From Verrucomicrobiota bacterium (GTDB taxonomy: Bacteria; Verrucomicrobiota; Verrucomicrobiia; Limisphaerales; AAA164-E04): a DNA stretch of 64,000 nt. The stretch spans positions 3,616,001-3,680,000 of the forward strand of contig CP170459.1 of NCBI GenBank assembly GCA_047947115.1, in the 5' to 3' direction. The notes under the pieces are model-generated. The model was not told where the DNA came from. It saw nothing but the letters and a program-made list of their open reading frames with translations, and did no database searches. Below, piece by piece: positions 1 through 10,458 of the stretch; the stretch's first letter is position 1, and every line of letters starts with the position of its first letter. Both the position numbers and the translations under genes were made by a program.

Positions 1-238
1 TACCTGTTCCGTGAATGCCGAAACCGAGACATCCAAGGATCGATGCTCGCAAAACGAAGCGTTTGTTGATCGTGTTGCAAGACTCAATGTGCTGCAGACC
101 ATGGAGCAGATTACCCAGAACAGTCCGACGCTGAAAAAACTCGTTGATCAAGGCGAGATACTTCTCGTTGGGGGTATTTATGACGTGAGCACCGGGCTTG
201 TGGAGTTTCTGGGTGAACATGCCCACGGTGAAAGTTAA
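1..238 (+). CDS. beta-class carbonic anhydrase, C-terminal fragment (5' end outside window)
   Basis: C-terminal pattern NVLQTMEQITQNSPTLKKLVDQGEILLVGGIYDVSTGLVEFL is typical of beta-CA. Confidence 0.75.
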   Translation, partial: TCSVNAETETSKDRCSQNEAFVDRVARLNVLQTMEQITQNSPTLKKLVDQGEILLVGGIYDVSTGLVEFLGEHAHGES

Positions 239-365
239 ACTGTCCGGATTCCTATTGGTTTGTCGTATATGTGAGTCTGGAGATGGGCCATTGCGTTTGC
301 GTAATCGGGTCTCGCCTGGGGCCTATAAAAAGGTTAGTATCCTCGTAGATAAATCCGCGAGCATC

Positions 366-2216
366 ATGAAATACCTTCTACTTGCCCTAATTCGTTGCAG
401 TGCCTTGCTGAGCTTGGCCGCTTTTTTGAATCCTCTGGCAAGTGCGGCCGGTGGGGCCGTTCACCCTGATCTGGATGCTTACTTTGAGGCCGAGGTCAAG
501 GGGATCGAGAAGCGTACGCATCATGTGATGCACCCGGAAAGTGCCGCAAAGTGGGAGGATCAAAAACCAGAGCTGAAGCGTCAGTTGGCCGAAATGCTCG
601 GTCTTGATCCGATGCCTTCCCGCACACCGCTTGAACCGGTGGTGACTGGACGTATTGAGAGAGAGGATTATGTGGTGGAGAATCTTCATTTTCAATCGAT
701 GCCAGGATTGTATGTCACAGGAAATCTCTACCTTCCCAAACAGATCGACGAAGCGGTCCCAGCTATCTTATATGTGTGCGGACACGCCCCTGTTAAGGAA
801 AATGGGGTGAGTTATGGTAATAAGACCGCATATCAACACCACGGTATCTGGTTTGCCCGACATGGTTTTGTTTGTTTGACCATCGACACCATCCAATTGG
901 GAGAGATCGAGGGAATTCATCACGGTACATATCGTGAGAACCGATGGTGGTGGAATTCCCGAGGTTACACCTCAGCCGGTGTGGAGACTTGGAACGGGAT
1001 TCGTGCGCTGGATTATCTTCAATCCAGACCCGAAGTGGACGGAGAACGACTGGGGATGACCGGACGTTCGGGTGGTGGTGTGTATTCTTGGTGGGTCGGA
1101 GCGCTTGATGACCGTGTCAAGGCGATTGTTCCGGTAGCGGGGATAACCGACTTGAGAAATTATGTGATCGATGGCGCTGTGGAAGGGCATTGTGATTGCA
1201 TGTTTATGGTGAATCGTTATCGATGGGACTATCCATTGATTGCCTCGCTCATTGCTCCTCGGGCTCTGTTGATTGCCAATTCTGACAAAGATTCCATTTT
1301 TCCGCTGGATGGGGTGGTTCGGACACACCGTCAGGTGCGGGATGTCTACGGATTGTTGGGGGCGGAAGATCGATTGGGGTTATTAATCACAGAAGGTCCT
1401 CACCGGGATACCCAGGATTTGCAGGTGCCTTCGTTTCGCTGGTTTCAGCGTTGGCTCAAGGAGAGCGATGAACTGATCGGGAGGGCAGCCATCAAGGAAA
1501 TTGCCCCGATTGAATTAAAAGTGTTCGAAAAAATTCCGCCTGATGAAATCATCACGACGGTTGACGAGGTCTTTGTTCCTATGGCGAAAGCCCGGGAGCT
1601 GCCCAAATCGATTTCAGAATGGGATCGTTTCATTGAACAATTGCGGGCCGCGCTCAGATTTGAGGTTTTTATGGGGTGGCCGCAGGAGGAGCCAACCGGC
1701 GAGTTTGTGCCCGGCTTTACTTTTTGGAAAACGTCCGGTAACCCGTCGGGACGACTGCTGTTTCAGGTGGATGACGCTGGCAAAGGGTTTTATCAGGCAA
1801 GCGGCCATCAGCGGAACCAGATTCGGCGGCGATACATGCTAATCGGCCAGACCTTGGATTCCATGCGTGTTTTTGAAATGAAGCGTTTTATGGAGCAACT
1901 GTCCGGCAACGATGACATCACGCTGGCAGCAGATGGAGACATGGCGGTGAACCTGCTTTATGCCGCGCTCATGATGGATGTGCCCCGATCGTTAAATCAC
2001 GGCTTTCGTCTCCAATTGTCAGGACTTTCAGAGACATTGAAGGAAGCTCCAGATTTTCTGAACATCATGAAAGTGACGCGTCTGGATGAATGTCTTGCCG
2101 CGGTATCCCGTCGTTTTGATGTGGTGGTGGAGGATTGTCCCGGTGCGGTGACGGACTATGCATCACGCCTGAACGTTCGTTTGGGATCGAATGCCTGTCG
2201 GTTGACGATCAAGTGA
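366..2216 (+). CDS. secreted alpha/beta hydrolase, acetyl xylan esterase-like
   Basis: Signal peptide MKYLLLAL..., YVVENLHFQSMPGLYVTGNLYLP, nucleophile motif GRSGGG, DSIFP; common PVC family. Confidence 0.8.
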   Translation: MKYLLLALIRCSALLSLAAFLNPLASAAGGAVHPDLDAYFEAEVKGIEKRTHHVMHPESAAKWEDQKPELKRQLAEMLGLDPMPSRTPLEPVVTGRIEREDYVVENLHFQSMPGLYVTGNLYLPKQIDEAVPAILYVCGHAPVKENGVSYGNKTAYQHHGIWFARHGFVCLTIDTIQLGEIEGIHHGTYRENRWWWNSRGYTSAGVETWNGIRALDYLQSRPEVDGERLGMTGRSGGGVYSWWVGALDDRVKAIVPVAGITDLRNYVIDGAVEGHCDCMFMVNRYRWDYPLIASLIAPRALLIANSDKDSIFPLDGVVRTHRQVRDVYGLLGAEDRLGLLITEGPHRDTQDLQVPSFRWFQRWLKESDELIGRAAIKEIAPIELKVFEKIPPDEIITTVDEVFVPMAKARELPKSISEWDRFIEQLRAALRFEVFMGWPQEEPTGEFVPGFTFWKTSGNPSGRLLFQVDDAGKGFYQASGHQRNQIRRRYMLIGQTLDSMRVFEMKRFMEQLSGNDDITLAADGDMAVNLLYAALMMDVPRSLNHGFRLQLSGLSETLKEAPDFLNIMKVTRLDECLAAVSRRFDVVVEDCPGAVTDYASRLNVRLGSNACRLTIK

Positions 2217-2304
2217 GGATCATGATGGTTTTCCCTGAGGAAGCGGTGGCCTTGTCTTATGATTGGCATGACATGAGGGCTTGAATCACCCTGCATTTTT
2301 CTTC

Positions 2305-5133
2305 ATGCTTCCAGGCATGATTCCAACCCATCAATCTCAGTGTCTGCGCTGGTGCTTTTTGCCTGCGTGTTTGCCGGGATGGATCTTTCCGGTTGTTCTT
2401 TTGTGCTGGAGCAGGCCATCGGCATTTGCCGCTTCTCACTCGTTCGAGTATGAAATGGGTGGTTTGGTGCGGCGTTACTGCGTTGAATGTCATTCCAGCG
2501 AAAAGCAGAAGGGAGACATTGATTTGGAAGTGATGCTGACTCCCGGGCAATTTGCCCGATTCTTCAGGGAATGGGAAATCGTGGTGGAGCAGTTGAATGC
2601 GGGAGACATGCCGCCGTCAAAAGCCGATCAGCCCTCGGCAAACGAGCGAACCGGAATGATAGAAGCTGTTCGCCGGGAAATCAAGCGCCTGTCCACGCAA
2701 CAATCGGGTGATCCGGGTGAGGTTCTGCTTCGCCGGTTGACGCAGGCGGAGTATTTGAATTCCGTGCAGGACTTGACCGGGATTCGGTTTGATCTGCGGC
2801 GCCTGCTTCCCGATGACGCGGTGGGTGGAGAGGGTTTTGCCAATACCGGCGAGGTTCAGTTTACCCAAAACTCCACCATTGAACGTTACCTTGAGGTGGC
2901 TCATAAGGTGGCTTCTCACGCCTTGATCGGTGCTGGAGATCTTTTCTTTTTTCGTGATCCGGGAGACACCGGACAAGAGTTGTCGGCGATTGAGCGAATT
3001 CAGGCGATTTATCGTCAACATGGTTTCAGGGCGGGGGCAGGTGAAGGTGCTGAGCCGTTCGGTTTGGATATCTTCTCGAATGCTATTCTGGCACTTTGGG
3101 TGGAACAATACCGTCGAGAATTGGGGTTGACGGATTGGTCGCTTGACGATTCCGCCGCTTTCGCGGGTGTGCCGGTTACATTCGTCAGGCATCTTTCCCT
3201 AGCCATGGTTCAGCCTGATGCTCAAGAAGCTTTGAGTGATATTCAAGACGCGTGGAAGGCGTTGCCTGCGCCGTCCGGAATGGATCTTGAAGAGGAAAGA
3301 GATCGGCTCATGCCATTCGTGGACGCCTTGTTTGGCAGGGTCAAGGCCTGGCAGAAGCAATTTGCCAAAAAGGCAGGGCATGTTGAGGAATCGGCTTTGC
3401 TGGATTCCAATGCCTCAGCCAATGGGGAGGATGCCGCCGCCAACGAGTTTGCACACTATTTTCCGAGTGTTTCCCAGCGTGAACCAGCCCCTTCGGACAG
3501 GGATCCCATTCCAGCGCCCTATGACAACAGCTACAACAATGCAGAACGAAATGCGTTTCATTACCAGATAAAATATCATCGTGACGACCGTTTCCTGGTT
3601 GAACACATTCTTGATCCATCGACAGCCCGGGATCTGGATATTGCCTGGACCGATTTGTATGACTCCTTCGGCTATCATCAGGAGCATTTGAATCTTCTGA
3701 TCCGGCATTTTGTTTCGGAATCTGCGGAGGTTCCGGACATCGCCGTATTGAACCCTGATCGCATCGCCCGGATGCCTGAATCGTTGCGGCAATGGGTGTC
3801 GCCTCTCAAACAGCATTACGACGCAGTAAAGGAAGCGATGTCAAAACGTCATGGCTTCCATTTGGAGCAGTGCCTTCAGTTTGCTTCCAGAGCTTGGCGC
3901 CGCGGGTTGGATCATGACGAAAAGGAATCACTGCGTTCATTTTATTCGAGAATGCGAAACGAGCTGGAATTATCGCACGAAGACGCCATACGGTCATTGA
4001 TTGGACGGGTGTTGATCTCTCCCTCCTTTCTTTATCGAATTGAATCGCCCAGCCGGGAATTGGCCCCCGTGTCATCGTCTGAAATGGCCACACGATTGAG
4101 TTATTTTTTATGGGCTTCCCCTCCCGACGCCCCTTTGCTGGAAGACGCAGCTGCGGGACGCTTGCAGGATGACGGGACGCTTAGTCGCCATCTCAGACGC
4201 ATGCTGAAGGACGCGAGGGTGGCTCGATTTGCCGAGGAATTCTTCGGGCAATGGTTTGGTTATTACCGGTTCCCCGAATTCAATGGCGTGGATGAAAAAC
4301 ATTTCACCTACTGGAATGCCTCGCTGCGCCGATCTCTTTACAGGGAAGCCAATTTGTTTTTCACCCATCTTTTGCTGAATGATGCAGTGATAGACCAGGT
4401 GGTGTTGTCCGATGATGGATTTTTGAACCGGGAATTGGCCGAGCATTACCGGATTCCATGGAGTGAAACGGCCGAAGATGACTCATTTATTCGAGTTAAT
4501 CATCTGGTGGAACATCAGCGTGGAGGATTGCTGGGGCTCGGTGTGGTGCATGCCATCACCTCTGCTCCGCTTCGAACCAGCATCGTCAAACGTGGGGATT
4601 GGATTCTGCGACGCGTTCTGGGGACACCCGTACCGCCACCGCCGGCCAATGCAGGCTCGATCGCGACCGAGACGGAATCAGCCAGGATGAAATCCATGCG
4701 AGAACTGCTGCAGTCCCATCAAAAGGAGGCTGCATGTGTCAGTTGTCATGCCCGGATGGATCCTTTGGGTTTTGCCATGGAGATTTATGACGTGACCGGA
4801 AAAGTGCGCAAAGTATATGAGAATGGTCTGCCCGTGGAGGATTTTGGCGAACTGCGCGACGGATCCATGGTGAAAGGGTTTGGAGGTATTCGTCATTACC
4901 TGAAACAGCATATCGATTTGTTTCATCGCACCTTCTGCACCAAACTCATTGGCTATGCCCTTGGTCGCAAGGAACAACTTTCAGACCGTAAACTCATTGA
5001 TGCGATGATGGAATCACTTGAGCGGGGAGAACCGATATCAAGGCAATTGGAATGGATCGTGTTGAGCCCGCAATTCAGGCAGAAACGTGGCATCGAACCC
5101 GAAATGAAACATCAGCAAGCCGCAAATCCTTAA
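2305..5133 (+). CDS. DUF1592/DUF1588/DUF1587-type planctomycete cytochrome c domain protein
   Basis: Heme motifs CVECH and CVSCH, LRRLTQAEYLNSVQDL, RLSYFLWASPPD, PPPP motif; directly followed by a DUF1552 gene. Start uncertain (2281/2305/2317). Confidence 0.9.
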   Translation: MLPGMIPTHQSQCLRWCFLPACLPGWIFPVVLLCWSRPSAFAASHSFEYEMGGLVRRYCVECHSSEKQKGDIDLEVMLTPGQFARFFREWEIVVEQLNAGDMPPSKADQPSANERTGMIEAVRREIKRLSTQQSGDPGEVLLRRLTQAEYLNSVQDLTGIRFDLRRLLPDDAVGGEGFANTGEVQFTQNSTIERYLEVAHKVASHALIGAGDLFFFRDPGDTGQELSAIERIQAIYRQHGFRAGAGEGAEPFGLDIFSNAILALWVEQYRRELGLTDWSLDDSAAFAGVPVTFVRHLSLAMVQPDAQEALSDIQDAWKALPAPSGMDLEEERDRLMPFVDALFGRVKAWQKQFAKKAGHVEESALLDSNASANGEDAAANEFAHYFPSVSQREPAPSDRDPIPAPYDNSYNNAERNAFHYQIKYHRDDRFLVEHILDPSTARDLDIAWTDLYDSFGYHQEHLNLLIRHFVSESAEVPDIAVLNPDRIARMPESLRQWVSPLKQHYDAVKEAMSKRHGFHLEQCLQFASRAWRRGLDHDEKESLRSFYSRMRNELELSHEDAIRSLIGRVLISPSFLYRIESPSRELAPVSSSEMATRLSYFLWASPPDAPLLEDAAAGRLQDDGTLSRHLRRMLKDARVARFAEEFFGQWFGYYRFPEFNGVDEKHFTYWNASLRRSLYREANLFFTHLLLNDAVIDQVVLSDDGFLNRELAEHYRIPWSETAEDDSFIRVNHLVEHQRGGLLGLGVVHAITSAPLRTSIVKRGDWILRRVLGTPVPPPPANAGSIATETESARMKSMRELLQSHQKEAACVSCHARMDPLGFAMEIYDVTGKVRKVYENGLPVEDFGELRDGSMVKGFGGIRHYLKQHIDLFHRTFCTKLIGYALGRKEQLSDRKLIDAMMESLERGEPISRQLEWIVLSPQFRQKRGIEPEMKHQQAANP

Positions 5134-5154
5134 CAATAAACCATTGTAAAAAAG

Positions 5155-6504
5155 ATGAATCACATGAGCACATCGCGGAGAAGATTCTTGAGAGGCTTGG
5201 GGTGCAGCCTGGCTCTGCCCTGGATGGAGTCGCTGCGTCTTTATTCGGAGGAAACCGGCAAAAGACTTACCCGTGGCGTTTCAATGAAGCCGCCGAACAG
5301 GTTTGCCTGCATTTATTTCAGCAACGGTGTCGAGCCTGCGCATTGGTGGGCCAAACAGAGTGATTCATTGATGGAGATCGGGCCGGGATTGGCGCCACTT
5401 CAGGATTATCGGGATGACATTGTGTTTCTGAAGGGACTGTACAATCAGCAGGCTGTCGATCATCCGAGCCCGCATTTGGGGCGTATTCCCAATCTCTTGT
5501 CCGGTGCCTGGGTGAGCAACGAGCAGAGCGTCATTCGGGTGGGGGAAACCATGGATCAGGTGATGGCCAAGGCGCTGGGTAATCGCACGGCATTGCCAAG
5601 CCTGGCGTTGGGGATCGAACCCACCGAACTGCGTTTGGAAGACGGGTTGTCCATGCTCTACGGTTCCTGCATTTCCTGGGCAAGTGACACCAAACCAGCC
5701 ATGAAAGAAATCTACCCGGCCCGGGTCTTCGACATGCTGGTTGGGGACGGTTCCGGCAGGCGTCTGGATCGGAGCATCTTGGACGCTACCATGGAAGATG
5801 CCAAAGCGATCCGAACGCGGTTGAACGCGGAGGATCGCTCCAAACTGGATGAATATCTCGAATCCATTCGAAGTATTGAACGCCGCATCGAAATGGCAGG
5901 AAAAGAGGAGACAGTGGAAGGATGGCGCCCGACCTTGGATCAGCCGGATATGCCTCGTCCGAAGGATGGGTTACCAAGAGAAATACCGCGTCACATGCAG
6001 CTCATGCTGGACCTGGTGGTGATGGCTTTCCAGATGGATAAGACGCGCATTGCCACCTGTATGCTGAACAATGATTTGTCCCAGATGAATTTTGGTTTTC
6101 TGAAAGACGTGAAAGGCAGTCTTCATTTGGATCTGACGCATAATGGAAAGGATCCGGCGCTGGAAGCCATGTATCTCAAGACGAATCAATTCCATGTGGA
6201 ACAGTTTGTTTATATGCTGGACCGTATGAAGTCGATACAGGAAGGAGGCGGCACATTGTTGGATCATTCAATGTTGTTGTTTTGTTCCAATTTGTTTGAT
6301 GGAGACCGACATCAGGCAGACGAGATGCCCATGATTCTGGCGGGTAAGGGTGGGGGAACTCTTCAAACAGGTCGGGTGCTGGATTATATGCAGCAGCCTG
6401 AAGAAGAACGCCGTGCCTGTAATCTTTATCTGTCATTGATGGAAAGAATGGGGTTACAGACCAATCGTTTTGGAGATGCCGATCGCTCGTTGAAATGGTT
6501 ATAG
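5155..6504 (+). CDS. DUF1552 domain-containing protein (Tat signal)
   Basis: SRRRFLRG Tat motif, [33 protein letters not shown]; canonical partner of DUF1592 proteins. Confidence 0.9.
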   Translation: MNHMSTSRRRFLRGLGCSLALPWMESLRLYSEETGKRLTRGVSMKPPNRFACIYFSNGVEPAHWWAKQSDSLMEIGPGLAPLQDYRDDIVFLKGLYNQQAVDHPSPHLGRIPNLLSGAWVSNEQSVIRVGETMDQVMAKALGNRTALPSLALGIEPTELRLEDGLSMLYGSCISWASDTKPAMKEIYPARVFDMLVGDGSGRRLDRSILDATMEDAKAIRTRLNAEDRSKLDEYLESIRSIERRIEMAGKEETVEGWRPTLDQPDMPRPKDGLPREIPRHMQLMLDLVVMAFQMDKTRIATCMLNNDLSQMNFGFLKDVKGSLHLDLTHNGKDPALEAMYLKTNQFHVEQFVYMLDRMKSIQEGGGTLLDHSMLLFCSNLFDGDRHQADEMPMILAGKGGGTLQTGRVLDYMQQPEEERRACNLYLSLMERMGLQTNRFGDADRSLKWL

Positions 6505-6814
6505 GAGTGTCTTTTGCAGGATTTTTGGTTGCCTCGTTGAGGGTTTGATCGTCCCGCCCCGATTCTGATCGAATCCGAAGTCTCAACAGCCCAGGACGGG
6601 ACCACCTCCAAGGCATGCAATGCCCGATGTCCATCCTGTAAATTCTATTCATTCCCTGAAAAGGACACCTTCCGAGGTTGGACGCCAGGTTCCAGGAAAT
6701 GCAGTTAGGAGTGAGTGTGTGTACCACATCCTGGCGCATCCGGTTATTTTCCATAGAAAGGAGTTCTGGTTTTTATTTGCGGATTTTGTTGTTTCGTGGA
6801 ATAAAAATGGTCAG

Positions 6815-8101
6815 ATGCTACCTGAACTAACCATGCGAGTGGTGCGTACGACGGATCCCAAGGCCTTGATGAAGTTTGCATGGCTGTTTGGGATCAAGGG
6901 CATGTTGTCGGTTGAAAGATTCAAACGCAGGGCGAAAAAGGGTATTTATTTCCCTCCTTTCCTATATTTGAGTATCATCAACAGCTGTAATCTGCGCTGT
7001 CAGGGATGTTGGGTTGATGTCGAGTCACCTCGGGAAAGCATTGATATCAAGCGCCTCAATCGCTTGATTAACGACGCCAAGACGCATGGGAACAGTTTCT
7101 TCGGGCTGCTTGGAGGAGAACCCTTCATGCATCCGCAATTGTTGGATGTTTTGGCTCATCAGCAGGATGCCTATTTTCAGATTTTTACCAATGGCCAGTT
7201 GATTACCGACAAAGTTGCGGCCCGATTGCGTGAGTTGGGGAATGCGACGCCTCTCATCAGTATCGAGGGACGCGAAGTGGTCAGTGATCAGCGGCGTGGC
7301 AAGAAAGATGTTTTTAACCGTACCCTAAAGGGATTGGACACTGCCATTCGCCATAAATTGTTAACAGGTGTCGCGACCAGCGTATGCAAATCGAATATAC
7401 GCGATTTGCTGACCGAATCCTGGTTGGATGAGTTGATTGATCGGGGTGTGCATTACGTTTGGTTTCATTCCTATCGCCCGGTAGGGCCCATGATGCATGA
7501 AGATTTGGGACTCACCAGGGAGGAACTGGTTGAGACGCGGCAATTTATTACCGAAATGCGCACCAAGAAGCCAATTGCCATAGTGGACGCTTATTACGAT
7601 CATAATGGCAATGCCCTGTGCCCCATGGCAACCGGGATCAGTCACCATGTGAATCCCAAAGGCGGGATCGAACCCTGTCCAATCATCCAGTTTGCCAGCG
7701 AGTCGATAGATGATGAACGCGGTATTTACAACACTTTGACTCAGTCCAAATTCCTGAAGGACTTCAGGGAAGCCACTGCGCGAGAGACACGTGGGTGCGT
7801 CATGCTGGAACGCCCGGATTTGGTGGAGGAGTTGATTGAGCGCCATGACGCGAAGGACGTGACGATCCGTCAAACAGCCTTGAAGGAGCTACAGGCGATG
7901 AAACCACGGCACAGTCAATGGTTGCCTGGAGATGAAATACCGGAGAAACATTGGATGTATCGCTGGGCGAAACGATTTTTCTACACCGATTTCGGTGTGT
8001 ATCAAAACATCCGAAATATGAAACCGTTGCATGAGCAGAACGGTCATAGCAATGAAAGCCAACAGGATTCCTCGACGCGAGCCGTTGTGGAAAAGGACTA
8101 G
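6815..8101 (+). CDS. radical SAM protein with C-terminal SPASM/twitch-like Cys cluster
   Basis: CNLRCQGC (CxxxCxxC), GGEPF, FTNG, and C-terminal CPMA...IEPCP...GC. Start at MLPELT inferred. Confidence 0.9.
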   Translation: MLPELTMRVVRTTDPKALMKFAWLFGIKGMLSVERFKRRAKKGIYFPPFLYLSIINSCNLRCQGCWVDVESPRESIDIKRLNRLINDAKTHGNSFFGLLGGEPFMHPQLLDVLAHQQDAYFQIFTNGQLITDKVAARLRELGNATPLISIEGREVVSDQRRGKKDVFNRTLKGLDTAIRHKLLTGVATSVCKSNIRDLLTESWLDELIDRGVHYVWFHSYRPVGPMMHEDLGLTREELVETRQFITEMRTKKPIAIVDAYYDHNGNALCPMATGISHHVNPKGGIEPCPIIQFASESIDDERGIYNTLTQSKFLKDFREATARETRGCVMLERPDLVEELIERHDAKDVTIRQTALKELQAMKPRHSQWLPGDEIPEKHWMYRWAKRFFYTDFGVYQNIRNMKPLHEQNGHSNESQQDSSTRAVVEKD

Positions 8102-8117
8102 ATGACAGGACGATTGA

Positions 8118-9851
8118 ATGGATTCAGGAAATAATATACTCGGGACGGCGCCTTTGAAATTGCCTAAATTGACGCCTCCTCAACGGTTTAGAGCTCCCAA
8201 GAAAAATCTTCCGCAAACACCGGAGGAGCGTGCCGGGATTCTTCAGGCCGTGCGGAATTACGTGGCTGAACACAATCCTGTTCCCCCTATGCCCATGGAT
8301 GACATCAAGGTGCATGCAGACAAGCTGGTGGAAATGTTGGGGTGCGATCCGGTTTATCGTGATTATATCGGGGTGCTGATCAACAACGAAATGTGGCGCG
8401 ATTCGCTCGCTGCTATCCCTTATGAGCGTCGGTTGTTGTTGTTACCCAAATGTCTGCGTATTGAGAGCAAATGTCCTGCCCCATTCGATGAGTTCGGTTT
8501 GTTGTGCAAACAATGTGGGCTTTGTTCCATTCAGGACCTGCAAAACGAGGCGGAAAGACTTGGATATGCCGTGCTGGTGGCGGAAGGATCGGCCATCGTG
8601 ATGTCCCTGATCCAGACCGGTAAAATCGAAGCGATTGTAGGTGTGAGTTGCCTGAGTGTTTTGGAACGCGCTTTTCCTTACATGGAAGCGGCGGCGGTTC
8701 CGGGCGTGGCCATTCCGTTGCTTCAGGATGATTGCATCGATACCACGGTAGATCTTGATTGGATCTGGGATTACATCCATCTGACCAGTGAGGACCGTAG
8801 TTTGCGCCTGGATTTGGGGGGATTGCGAGAGGAAGTTGATTTTTGTTTTACCCCGGCTTCGCTTGAATTGATTATGGGGTCAGGAAGTGGTGAAACCGAG
8901 AAATTAGCCAGGGAATGGCTCATGCGTGCCGGCAAACGGTGGCGTCCGTTTTTGACGGCATCGGTCGTCAAAGCCCTTTCCGATAACAAGGAAGAGGGTC
9001 TTTCTTCCGATCTGCAGAAAATTTGTGTGGCAGTGGAATGTTTCCACAAGGCTTCGTTGATTCATGATGATATTGAGGACAACGACGATGAACGATACGG
9101 GGAACAAACTCTGCATGCTTCACACGGCATTCCGCTTGCCCTCAATGTAGGGGATTTATTGATTGGTGAAGGTTACAGATTGATTGCCGAAACGAACTTA
9201 AGTCCTGAGCAGAAATCCGCGATGCTGCGTATTGCTTCCGAGGGCCATCGCCAGCTCTGCCGCGGGCAGGGAGCCGAATTAAGCTGGATGCGTCAACCGC
9301 GTCCTCTCAAGTCCGTGGAGGTGTTGGACATTTTCCGCAGCAAAACGGCACCTGCATTCGAGGTGGCTCTTCAAATGGGAGCTGTCTTTGCGGGTGTTGA
9401 GATCCATGCTGGAGTCAGTGAAACCATACACGCGTACAGTGAAGCGCTGGGCATCGCTTATCAGATCCGTGATGATTTATCGGATCACGGTGAAGAAGGG
9501 GAAACAAACGATCTGGAGCAGCTTCGGCCCAATCTGCCTCTGGCACTCGCGCATGAGAAAGCGAAGGGTGAGGCCAAGGAACAACTCGAAACTGCTTGGA
9601 AACGCGAGTTGAACGGCAAGGTTTCTCACAAGGATATCGAAGAACTTTGCAAGCAGTTGAATGTCTTGGATCGTTCGGAACGGTTGCTGGAAGCCTACAA
9701 GGAACAGGCGATTCGTTCGATTGCCGAGCTTGATAATCCAAGTCTCAAAGGTCTGCTTCGTCGCTTGATTGGTAAAATCTTCAATGACACCGAAATCAAG
9801 GGATGGTGCAGTGAAGTGCTAGAAGATCAATTGCATGCCGAAACCCGGTAG
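8118..9851 (+). CDS. DUF116 domain fused to trans-polyprenyl diphosphate synthase
   Basis: N-half has the DUF116-like Cys pattern LLLPKCLR..CPA..CKQCGLCSI..GVSC. C-half has GKRWRP, first Asp-rich motif HDDIED, GQ, KT and second motif QIRDDLSD. Confidence 0.9.
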   Translation: MDSGNNILGTAPLKLPKLTPPQRFRAPKKNLPQTPEERAGILQAVRNYVAEHNPVPPMPMDDIKVHADKLVEMLGCDPVYRDYIGVLINNEMWRDSLAAIPYERRLLLLPKCLRIESKCPAPFDEFGLLCKQCGLCSIQDLQNEAERLGYAVLVAEGSAIVMSLIQTGKIEAIVGVSCLSVLERAFPYMEAAAVPGVAIPLLQDDCIDTTVDLDWIWDYIHLTSEDRSLRLDLGGLREEVDFCFTPASLELIMGSGSGETEKLAREWLMRAGKRWRPFLTASVVKALSDNKEEGLSSDLQKICVAVECFHKASLIHDDIEDNDDERYGEQTLHASHGIPLALNVGDLLIGEGYRLIAETNLSPEQKSAMLRIASEGHRQLCRGQGAELSWMRQPRPLKSVEVLDIFRSKTAPAFEVALQMGAVFAGVEIHAGVSETIHAYSEALGIAYQIRDDLSDHGEEGETNDLEQLRPNLPLALAHEKAKGEAKEQLETAWKRELNGKVSHKDIEELCKQLNVLDRSERLLEAYKEQAIRSIAELDNPSLKGLLRRLIGKIFNDTEIKGWCSEVLEDQLHAETR

Positions 9852-9989
9852 GATGACCTGTGGCATGACGTGTCACTTTGACTCGTTTGTCATCAAATGG
9901 TTACCTGGGGCTTGAAATTATTTGCCTCATGCTAGGTCTTTGATCTGGTCCTGTCAGGGCGGGAGAAGACGATCCTTGCTGATGGATAG

Positions 9990-10175
9990 CCTATCTGCCG
10001 GGATCCGTCTTTTACGCCGGAAGCTGTATTCGAAAAGGAAAAGAAATACTTCCCTCGCATCAAACTCGCTCAACCCGAACTGCCCGATGGTGTGCGATGG
10101 GAGAAAGACTTGGTTTATCATGTGTTCACCAATCCCCAGGATGACGTACGAACTCTTCCGGTTCATGAAAAATAA
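9990..10175 (+). pseudogene. probable remnant of an esterase/alpha-beta hydrolase N-terminus
   Basis: Start-less frame between stop codons reads PICRDPSFTPEAVFEKEKKYFPRIKLAQPELPDGVRWEKDLVYHVFTNPQDDVRTLPVHEK, resembling the N-terminus of lipase/esterase-type hydrolases; absent from the ORF track. Confidence 0.45.
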
Positions 10176-10458
10176 ATCTTACATTTGGTCGATGATGGTT
10201 GGGAGTTCGTTTGGTTCGTTGAGGGGATGGAACGCTCCGGGTGTTGACCTCTGAGAATCTTCTGTTTTCATGACGTTTTGATGACACTTAACGTTCTTAT
10301 AGCCTCAGTCGTCAGTTGATATGTCATTTCTTCCCTTACCTTCTGCATATCTTTCACTTATCGCTCAATTTGCTTCCAAAGTTACCGATACAATCCCGTG
10401 TTGTGAATGCCGTGTTTGGATCGACACCGCCGACCTGCGAGAGGGAAAACGTTTAAAA

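Noticed and set aside
9922..10254. 110-aa ORF in the track
   Set aside because: Composition is not protein-like; a different frame (9990-10175) carries the recognisable remnant.
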